Shown: piece by piece, positions 57,545 through 64,000 of the stretch | Layout: every line of letters starts with the position of its first letter | Position numbering within the stretch: position 1 is the stretch's first letter | NCBI GenBank assembly: GCA_964487475.1 | Contig: CAZAPM010000003.1 | Coordinates: 62,778-126,777, forward strand | Direction of reading: 5' to 3' | Length of the DNA stretch: 64,000 nucleotides | DNA from: an uncultured Planctomycetales bacterium | GTDB lineage: Bacteria; Omnitrophota; Gorgyraeia; Gygaellales; Profunditerraquicolaceae | The notes under the pieces: model-generated | Told to the model about the DNA's origin: nothing | The model's input: the letters and a program-made list of their open reading frames with translations, nothing else | Databases searched by the model: none | Translations under genes and position numbers: made by a program

Positions 57545-58339
57545 ATGGACACCAATACTACATTGGTTGAAAAAAAATATAACATATTGGTAGTTGATGA
57601 TGAACCGGCTGTGGGCGGAGTCCTGACCGACTTCCTCACGCTAAAAGGCCTGGAGGTGCACAACGCAGCGAGCGGACAGCAGGCGCTGGATATCCTGCAG
57701 ACCGCCAGCTACGACCTCATTCTTCTCGACCTGATCATGCCGGGCCTAAACGGCGCAGAGGTCGCGCGCATCGTCCGGCAGAAATATCCCGAGACCAAGA
57801 TCGTCATCATCACCGCGTTCCCCAAAGAGATGGTAAAGCTCCAGGAAGGAGACAGCACCGACGCCCTGTTCATCAAGCCTTTCAAGCTGCACGATCTTTA
57901 CCGAAAACTCGAGGCCCTGCACGCACAAGGGACGCCCGCACAGGAGATCACCGAATCACAACTCCATACCAAGACCCTCTACATCAAGGCGGATATCATG
58001 CTGGTAGGCTGCCCCGCGGACGCCTGTTCCTTCTTCGAAAGGCAGCTCCAGGAGCTTTCCCTGCGCGGACAGTATTACGATGTGCGCTTTGCGCGGGACG
58101 AGAACGAGTTCATCACGCAATCCTGCTTCTGCGAGCCTGACATCGTGATAGTCGAGGAAGACCACTACCGCGCCCTCGACTCACGCACCATCGACCGGGT
58201 CTACCTCTCTTCCGCCAAGACCAAGGAGATACTCCCCTTCGACACTTCCGCTGCCCAGTTGGACTTTTCCCGGGCCGAGGAACTCATCGAAATGATACGC
58301 AGCGCCTGCATCAAACACGGGCTGGTACAGGTCGGCTAA
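57545..58339 (+). CDS. Single-domain response regulator (REC) with a C-terminal domain of unknown function
   Basis: 264 aa with a CheY-like receiver (ILVVDDEP..., phospho-Asp context LILLDLIMPG, ..IVIITAF..) plus a ~140-aa Cys-containing tail without a recognisable output domain. Confidence 0.8.
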   Translation: MDTNTTLVEKKYNILVVDDEPAVGGVLTDFLTLKGLEVHNAASGQQALDILQTASYDLILLDLIMPGLNGAEVARIVRQKYPETKIVIITAFPKEMVKLQEGDSTDALFIKPFKLHDLYRKLEALHAQGTPAQEITESQLHTKTLYIKADIMLVGCPADACSFFERQLQELSLRGQYYDVRFARDENEFITQSCFCEPDIVIVEEDHYRALDSRTIDRVYLSSAKTKEILPFDTSAAQLDFSRAEELIEMIRSACIKHGLVQVG

Positions 58340-59154
58340 CTTCCCTCTCCGTGATGCTCTCGGTGGCAGTGCGGATGCGCATGCAGCACGCCTTCGTGCC
58401 AATGGGCGTGCACATGCACCAGGTTATGCTCCCGCAGGAAGGGATCGTCCCGCAGCAGTTCGCAGGGGCCCGAGGTACGTACGATACTCCGGTCGCGGCC
58501 GAACACCCGCACCGAATCGCAGATCTCGGGCACGATGTGCAGGTCATGCGTCGCCGTGATCACCGTCCGCCCCTGCCGGCGCAACTCTCCGATCAACTCC
58601 ACGATCTGACGGCTGGTCTGCGGATCCAGCCCCGCGGTCGGCTCATCGAGCAGCAACACCTGCGGCTGGACCGCCAGCACCGCGGCGATCGCCACCTTCC
58701 GTTTCTCTCCGATGCTCAACTGATGCCCGGAACGATCCAAAAGGCCGCCGATCGAGAACCTCTCCGTCAACTCCTCCAGGCGCTTTCGCGCATCCGGCGC
58801 AGAGTACCCCAGCTGCAGCGGGCCGAAAAGGATATCCTCCCTTACCGTCGGGCAGAATAACTGCACGTCCGGAGTTTGGAACACGAACCCCACCCGGCGG
58901 CGGAACTCCCGCGCACACAGGGGGTCTTCCAGCATCCCCCTGGTCAGAGGCCGGGAGTCAAAACGCACCGCGCCCCGGTCCGGATAGGTCAGCCCGTCCA
59001 GCACCGACAGCAGGGTGGATTTTCCCGTACCGTTGGCGCCCAGAAGACAGACCGCCTCTCCCGCTTCGACGGTCATGGTGACCCCCGCAAGCGCCGGGAA
59101 CTTCCCGGCATAGGCAAAATATATGTCGTCTATCTCGAAAATACGCTCCGCCAT
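58336..59154 (-). CDS. cbiO: ECF-type cobalt/nickel transporter ATPase CbiO/NikO with His-rich C-terminal tail
   Basis: Walker A GANGTGKST, signature LSIGEKRK, Walker B LLLDEPTAGLD. The C-terminus is HVHAHWHEGVLHAHPHCHREHHGEGS. Confidence 0.85.
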   Translation of the reverse strand: MAERIFEIDDIYFAYAGKFPALAGVTMTVEAGEAVCLLGANGTGKSTLLSVLDGLTYPDRGAVRFDSRPLTRGMLEDPLCAREFRRRVGFVFQTPDVQLFCPTVREDILFGPLQLGYSAPDARKRLEELTERFSIGGLLDRSGHQLSIGEKRKVAIAAVLAVQPQVLLLDEPTAGLDPQTSRQIVELIGELRRQGRTVITATHDLHIVPEICDSVRVFGRDRSIVRTSGPCELLRDDPFLREHNLVHVHAHWHEGVLHAHPHCHREHHGEGS

Positions 59155-59155
59155 A

Positions 59156-60016
59156 TTACAGTCTCCCCGTTACCCCCAGCACTGAAACGACAGCGCATAA
59201 AAGCAGCATCGCCCCTGCCCACGCCCAATCCCCTCTCGACGGAGGCGGCTCGCCTTCGGTACGCGGCTCTCCGCTGTATCCTCTGGAGCGCATCGCCTGA
59301 TACACCTGCTCCTGCAGCTGCACGGAACGCTGCCAAAGGTGCGCGATCCCGGACCCCACGACCTCCCTGCCCGTACGCGCGGCCAGCCCCGCCCCGCAGC
59401 GGCTTTTGATCCCCAGGAAGACGTTCTGGACAAGCTCCACGAAAAAGAACAGGTAGCGGTGGCAAAGCATGGCGGTCTCGACGAACAGCGCCGGCACCGC
59501 GCAGACGCGCATCCCTTTGAGCAGCAAGGTGTGCGGGGTGGTAAGCACCAGCAGCACGGCCAGGGAAACGGATACCGTGACCCGGGAAAGCAGGCGCAGC
59601 GCGCTCATCGCGCCCTGCCTGGTTACCGCCGCCTCCCACGGCCCGACGGAAAATACGGCGATGCGCTCGCCCGGGGTCACCGCCTCGAACACCGCGGGTA
59701 TCGCCAGCAGGAGCGAAAAGAGGGGCACGAACACCCAGGTCCTTTTCAGGAAGAACCCGCAGGGGATGCGGGAAAGATACGCCAGCAGCAGGACCGACAC
59801 ATACATCCCCGCCAGGAAGGACACGGAACGGACGCACGCTGCCGCCGCCAGCATGCCGAAGACCACGAGCAGTTTGGCCCGGTAATCCCGGCGCTGCAGG
59901 AAACCCGGGACCTGCGCATATTCCTGGGATTCCAGGGATGCGCGCACGAACGACAAAGTGCCGGTCAACGACCTCTCGATGAACCTGTTCCTCGACCGGA
60001 CCAGTATCCTCTTCAT
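59156..60016 (-). CDS. cbiQ: ECF transporter transmembrane (T) component CbiQ
   Basis: CbiQ-like 5-6 TM protein. The start at MKRILV is supported by an ATGA overlap with the upstream gene. The overlapping ORF 59130-60305 in the other frame is rejected. Confidence 0.75.
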   Translation of the reverse strand: MKRILVRSRNRFIERSLTGTLSFVRASLESQEYAQVPGFLQRRDYRAKLLVVFGMLAAAACVRSVSFLAGMYVSVLLLAYLSRIPCGFFLKRTWVFVPLFSLLLAIPAVFEAVTPGERIAVFSVGPWEAAVTRQGAMSALRLLSRVTVSVSLAVLLVLTTPHTLLLKGMRVCAVPALFVETAMLCHRYLFFFVELVQNVFLGIKSRCGAGLAARTGREVVGSGIAHLWQRSVQLQEQVYQAMRSRGYSGEPRTEGEPPPSRGDWAWAGAMLLLCAVVSVLGVTGRL

Positions 60017-60354
60017 CTCTTCCTGCGAAGCAATTTTGCTGCCGCGTATGCCGCACCCGCGGTGACCGCGATACCCGCGACTGCGGAGAGCAGATACGCC
60101 AATCCCTGCGCGGGCAGCGCTTTTGCCTCCCATCCCGGAAAAGTATACTCCGGCAGAGGGGCGCTCCAAAGGGAAGAAAGCCTCTGCATTCCCCGCGGGA
60201 TATACCCGACCAGTCCGCCCACCTCCTGCGCACCCCACTCCCCCCATGCGGAACCCGCCTTGAAAAATTCCGGCAGGAAAAGACCCAAAGGCGAAAAGAG
60301 CGCAAGGATCCCGATCCCCAGCCACAGCTTACCGATGGTTTTCATGCGCACCAT
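60013..60354 (-). CDS. PDGLE-domain/CbiN-like small membrane component of the CbiMNQO system
   Basis: 113 aa with two TM helices flanking a ..AWGEWG..LPEYTFPGWE.. extracytoplasmic loop. It sits between cbiM and cbiQ. Confidence 0.6.
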   Translation of the reverse strand: MVRMKTIGKLWLGIGILALFSPLGLFLPEFFKAGSAWGEWGAQEVGGLVGYIPRGMQRLSSLWSAPLPEYTFPGWEAKALPAQGLAYLLSAVAGIAVTAGAAYAAAKLLRRKR

Positions 60355-61036
60355 TCCCGGGGACCGCCCGGGAAAGAAGCCCCGGGTCCTGTTTCTGAAG
60401 GTATTTGACCACCAGCGCGGTCACCGCAGCCTCAATCCATCCGAACACCAGGAGATGTTCGGCCAGCATCACGGTAAGCGCGGTCTTAAGACCGTAAGGC
60501 CCATAGAGCGCCTGTCCGTCTGCGGTATGGTGCAGGTACGGCTGGATGCCGAACTGCACGGCAGCGGACAATGCCGCCAGGTTCAATCCTATATACCCTG
60601 CGATCCCGGCTGCCCAGATCCGCCTGCGGGAAACAGGCGCGGAATTCCCGCCGAGAAAAACGTACGCGTAGTACCCGGCGAAGACCATCACCACGGCCAT
60701 GTTAAAGCAGTTCGCGCCCAGCGCCGTGATGCCCCCGTCGCCATAAAGCAGCGCCTGCACTGCCAGCGCCACGGTCACGGCGATACACGCCGCCCACGGC
60801 CCCAGCAGGATCGCGGCCAGCACCGCGCCCGCCGCATGCCCGGTAGTTCCACCGGGAATGGGGACGTTGAACATCATGATGACAAAAGAAAAAGCCGCTG
60901 CCACGCCCAGCAGCGGCACGCTCCGGGCATCGAGGTCCCGGCGCGCATTCCGCGACGCCAACGCCCACACCGGCAGCATGACGGAATACATCACTGCCCC
61001 GGTCGCCGGGCCTAAATACCCGTCAGGGATATGCAT
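60329..61036 (-). CDS. cbiM: Cobalt/nickel ECF transporter substrate-capture component CbiM
   Basis: Hallmark N-terminus MHIPDGYL. 235 aa, 7 TM. Confidence 0.9.
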   Translation of the reverse strand: MHIPDGYLGPATGAVMYSVMLPVWALASRNARRDLDARSVPLLGVAAAFSFVIMMFNVPIPGGTTGHAAGAVLAAILLGPWAACIAVTVALAVQALLYGDGGITALGANCFNMAVVMVFAGYYAYVFLGGNSAPVSRRRIWAAGIAGYIGLNLAALSAAVQFGIQPYLHHTADGQALYGPYGLKTALTVMLAEHLLVFGWIEAAVTALVVKYLQKQDPGLLSRAVPGNGAHENHR

Positions 61037-61045
61037 GCATCGGCC

Positions 61046-62485
61046 TCAGGAGTTCCCCTGGAACACGATCCGTACCGCCGTGCCGGGGCCCACCCCGAAC
61101 TCCAGGGTTCCCAGCTGGGAGGAAAGCGCCTGCACCAGCTGCAGCCCCAGCGTATGAGACGCCCTCGGGTCGAAACCTTCGGGCAGGCCTCTGCCGTTAT
61201 CCCTGACCTCAAGCACATAACCGCCACCCGGCCCTTGGGCCAGAATGACCGCCACCTCCCCCGGCCTTCCCTCGGGAAAACCATGCTGCAGGGCATTGGT
61301 CACCAGTTCGTTTACGATCAGGCCGCAGGCAATGGTCTTCTCCATATCCAAGGAAAGACCCGGATCGATATCGGTGCGTACCGCGATCTGCGATCCCGGC
61401 CCCCGGTTCATCCCGGCCGCGCGCAATGACTCGCAAATACTTCCCAGATACCCCTGCATGCCGATATATTCCAGATCCCGGGACTGATAAAGCTTCTCAT
61501 GCGCCAGGGCGATCGCCTTTACCCGCAACGTGCTCTCGTGCAGCAGTTGCTGGACCCGGGGATCGGACTCGCGCCGGGCCTGAAGGTTGAAAATACTGCT
61601 GACCACCTGCAGGTTATTCTTCACCCGGTGGTTCAACTCCTTCAGGAATATCTCCTTTTCGCGCAGACTGGCCTGCAGGCTGTCCCGTGAGACCACCCGC
61701 TCGGTGATATCCCGCACAAAGACGAAATTATACTCCTTCCCCCCGAAGGAAGTGAAATTCGCGGTCACCTCGACCGGAACGATCCTGCCGTCCTTGAGAC
61801 GATGCCTGGTCTCAAAGGTCATCGAGCCCTTCTGCCGCAGCTCCTTCCAGTGCTTCGCGTACGCCGCATAGTCGTATTCGGGATTGATATCCGCCACCCC
61901 CATGCCCAGCAGCTCTTCCCTGGAATACCCCAAATGCAAGGATGCCGCATCATTGACATACAGGAACTTTCCCTCGGGGCTCACCCAGAACACCGCATCG
62001 GAAGCCCGATCCACGGAATACTGCATCAGCTGCAGCCGCCGTTCCGCCTCTTTGCGCTCGGTGATATCCACCGACATCCCCAGAAAGGCCGCGGGCTTTC
62101 CCTTGGCCGTACGGATCAGGGTGATATAACTGTCCACCCACACCACCCTGCCGCTTTTATGCAGGAATCTCTTCTGCAGCATGACGGAATCCTTTATCCC
62201 CTTCGCCAGCGACTGCATGACCGACTTGGTCGCTGCCCGGTCATCCGGATGCGTCACCTCGATACCCTTCCTGCCGCGCAGCTCCTCCGGAGTATACCCG
62301 AGCATCTCCACGGCGCGCCGGTTCATCGAGATCCATCTGCCCTTGGCATCCCCCACCGCGATCGCCACCCCGGAACTTTCAAAAAGGGCCTTATGCAGGC
62401 TCTGCGGCCGGATGACGAAACGGGCAGGCTTGCGGCAACGGGTCTTCTTACCTTTCACCGCGGGTCTTTTTTTCATTGTCTTCAA
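61046..62485 (-). CDS. Sensor histidine kinase, PAS-PAS-HisKA_2-HATPase_c, cytoplasmic
   Basis: 479 aa with two PAS folds, HRVKNNLQVV (HisKA_2) and an ATP-binding G-boxes region. No TM segments. Confidence 0.85.
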   Translation of the reverse strand: MKTMKKRPAVKGKKTRCRKPARFVIRPQSLHKALFESSGVAIAVGDAKGRWISMNRRAVEMLGYTPEELRGRKGIEVTHPDDRAATKSVMQSLAKGIKDSVMLQKRFLHKSGRVVWVDSYITLIRTAKGKPAAFLGMSVDITERKEAERRLQLMQYSVDRASDAVFWVSPEGKFLYVNDAASLHLGYSREELLGMGVADINPEYDYAAYAKHWKELRQKGSMTFETRHRLKDGRIVPVEVTANFTSFGGKEYNFVFVRDITERVVSRDSLQASLREKEIFLKELNHRVKNNLQVVSSIFNLQARRESDPRVQQLLHESTLRVKAIALAHEKLYQSRDLEYIGMQGYLGSICESLRAAGMNRGPGSQIAVRTDIDPGLSLDMEKTIACGLIVNELVTNALQHGFPEGRPGEVAVILAQGPGGGYVLEVRDNGRGLPEGFDPRASHTLGLQLVQALSSQLGTLEFGVGPGTAVRIVFQGNS

Positions 62486-62510
62486 TTATACCTCCATGCG
62501 GGCAGCTGAT

Positions 62511-63914
62511 TCAACTGTGTTTTTTCCGGTACTGGCTGAAACCCCTCTCCCCCCGGAGGAACGCCGCCGTCCCGGTGATCTTGCCCCATGCCAGCAGCCA
62601 GCGGTACCAGAGCGTTTCCACCAGGCTTAACCCCACCAGATACCAGAGATACGGGAGGGAGAACACCTGCTGGGACCGGACGAACGCGCACAAGGAGAAC
62701 ATCGTCAGCAGCACCTGGGAAAGGCAGATCAGCACGAAGAACGCCAGAGCGAATTCTAACCGCAGCGCGCCGGTTGCCCAGGCGAGCAGCGTACAGGCCA
62801 TGCTGGAGACCTCCACCAGCACTCCCAGAGACTCTGCGAAGAGAAAATACGGCAGCAGGAAGACCCCGAAATTCCCGTAGCGCGGATTAGCGATCATATC
62901 CCGGTACTGCCAGATCGCCTCAAGCATGCACCTTTGCCAGCGGTCGCGCTGCCTCAACAGGTCAGAGAGGGTCTGCGGGCCGTCGGTCCATCCGACAAAA
63001 TACGGCAGCATCAGCAGCTGTGTGCGCGATAACCCCTTATCCGCCAGGTAACGATGCGCCCTAAACGTCACCTCCACATCCTCGGAACTGTGCTCCGGGG
63101 AAAATCCGCCTATTTCGAACAGGAAATCCTTGCGCCAGATGCCGAAGCCTCCGGCGACGATCGGGGTCGCGTTATACCGGCTCCACGTCACCCGCGTGCC
63201 GAGAAAGGAACGCAGGTATTCCAGGTTCTGGGAAGCCACCAGCGGGTTCCAGGAAAAACTCCTGGAGACTATGGTGCCATCCTTCACCCGGCAGCCGTTG
63301 ACCAGGCCGAAATAGCTTCCCGCGGCCACGATCGACTCCGGGTCCCTGACCATATGCGCCATGACCTTAAGCAGCGCGTCCTTTTCCAGGATGGTATCCG
63401 CATCCAGCACGCACACATACGGGTACACGGCATACTCCACTCCCGCATTGAGCGCCCCGGCTTTTTTCAACCCCGGCTCCTTACGCACCACGCGCAGCCT
63501 GGGGTCACGGCGGGAGCGGTAACACTGCAGGATCCTGCCTGCCGCAAGCCTGGTCACCGAAGGAGTATCCGCCGCCTCCAGGTCGTACTCCCGGGAAAGG
63601 ATCCCGAAAGTGTCGTCCGTCGATCCGTCGTCGATGACCACCACCTCGAACTGGGGATAGGAAAGCTGCAGCGCCGACTTGACCGAATCCAGGATCCACG
63701 CCTGCTCATTATGCGCGGGGATAAGCACGCTCACCGGAAGCGTGAACATCCCCACGGATAAGGACCGGTAATCCTCCAGGCCGTGCTGGCGCTCCCGCAG
63801 CCGCGTCTCGCGCAGCGCCAGGATCCCGCACACCAGGTAATATCCCGACTGCAGCAGGAAATACCCCAGATAGAACAGGAACAGTGATAAAAAGATCCCG
63901 TTCAGCATGCTCAT
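62511..63914 (-). CDS. Membrane family-2 glycosyltransferase (PgaC/cellulose-synthase-like processive GT)
   Basis: 467 aa with N-terminal TMs, a GT-A domain containing DDGSTD/DAD/ED motifs, a (Q)RxRW motif (QRDRWQRC) and C-terminal TMs. Confidence 0.85.
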   Translation of the reverse strand: MSMLNGIFLSLFLFYLGYFLLQSGYYLVCGILALRETRLRERQHGLEDYRSLSVGMFTLPVSVLIPAHNEQAWILDSVKSALQLSYPQFEVVVIDDGSTDDTFGILSREYDLEAADTPSVTRLAAGRILQCYRSRRDPRLRVVRKEPGLKKAGALNAGVEYAVYPYVCVLDADTILEKDALLKVMAHMVRDPESIVAAGSYFGLVNGCRVKDGTIVSRSFSWNPLVASQNLEYLRSFLGTRVTWSRYNATPIVAGGFGIWRKDFLFEIGGFSPEHSSEDVEVTFRAHRYLADKGLSRTQLLMLPYFVGWTDGPQTLSDLLRQRDRWQRCMLEAIWQYRDMIANPRYGNFGVFLLPYFLFAESLGVLVEVSSMACTLLAWATGALRLEFALAFFVLICLSQVLLTMFSLCAFVRSQQVFSLPYLWYLVGLSLVETLWYRWLLAWGKITGTAAFLRGERGFSQYRKKHS

Positions 63915-64000
63915 GAAGAAAAGAACTCCTTAAGCGCGCGCTCCGCCTTCGGCTGCACGTGCGGATCAAGAGACCTCAGCACCCTTTCGATATGAAATCT
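63911..64000 (-). CDS. 3' end of an upstream gene (..RFHIERVLRSLDPHVQPKAERALKEFFSS*), ATGA-coupled to the PgaC-like GT2
   Basis: Open minus-strand frame to the window edge. Its stop is TGA 63911-63913, overlapping the GT2 ATG. Confidence 0.35.
   Translation of the reverse strand, partial: RFHIERVLRSLDPHVQPKAERALKEFFSS

Noticed and set aside
59130-60305. 391-aa minus-strand ORF overlapping cbiQ in another frame.
   Set aside because: The co-located frame 59156-60016 gives a coherent multi-TM CbiQ protein ATGA-coupled to its neighbour. The alternative frame is Arg/Gly-rich with no TM pattern.

Overview
This 64 kb window is high-GC DNA (roughly 60-63% by eye) and is densely coding. It appears to come from a Gram-negative bacterium with an anaerobic lifestyle; the lineage cannot be named from the sequence alone. 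The evidence for Gram-negative is a complete KDO/LPS block (hldE-kinase, kdsB, kdsA, kdsD, kdsC, an LptC-LptA fusion, lptB) and outer-membrane beta-barrel proteins. The evidence for anaerobiosis is DUF134, a C_GCAxxG_C_C redox protein, a GlpA-like/DUF1667 glycerol-3-phosphate dehydrogenase set, a B12-radical-SAM enzyme, a GH57 branching enzyme and a CbiMNQO transporter.

About 65 of ~68 genes lie on the minus strand, and many junctions are ATGA start/stop overlaps, so I read the window as a few very long operons.

From left to right:
- 1-9.5 kb: a conserved housekeeping block, uppS-cdsA-dxr-rseP-ispG-[orphan CpaF/TadA-like ATPase]-proS-rimP-nusA-infB. The repeat-rich N-terminus of infB runs off the left edge.
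- 9.6-12.3 kb: GH57 branching enzyme plus a DUF4912 partner.
- 12.5-13.6 kb: a coiled-coil protein and an OmpA-like lipoprotein with their own promoter and terminator.
- 13.6-22.3 kb: purA, a LeuA/HCS-family synthase, a membrane-anchored inactive 5'-nucleotidase-like/DsbA-like fusion, serA, a class-V aminotransferase, clpP and a short trigger factor.
- 22.5-28.3 kb: the LPS/KDO cluster.
- 29.7-36.6 kb: DAHP synthase, a beta-lactamase-like serine hydrolase, a nitroreductase, a DUF318 permease (preceded by an unannotated 50-aa Cys-rich ORF), a TerC-like protein and a PabB-like enzyme.
- 36.6-42.2 kb: a DUF2892-OMP-LolA-like-MMPL/RND-C_GCAxxG_C_C-DUF134 operon driven by a near-consensus sigma-70 promoter.
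- 42.2-46.4 kb: the glycerol block (DUF1667, two FAD oxidoreductases, glpK).
- 46.4-52.8 kb: an alpha/beta hydrolase, a B12-rSAM enzyme, a fatty-acid-hydroxylase-type enzyme, DUF547, a GT2 and DUF2064. This looks like a conserved but uncharacterised lipid/glycan-modification cluster.
- 52.8-57.3 kb: a class II photolyase, an M48 protease and a small secreted protein coupled to a minimal P-type-ATPase homologue.
- 57.5-64 kb: an orphan REC protein, cbiM-PDGLE-cbiQ-cbiO with a His-rich CbiO tail, a PAS/HisKA_2 kinase and a PgaC-like membrane GT2 at the right edge.

I found no rRNA, tRNA, CRISPR array or obvious mobile element. Two intergenic hairpins share a near-identical 10-nt loop with covarying stems. 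All functional calls come from reading the translated ORFs for motifs; none was checked against a database.
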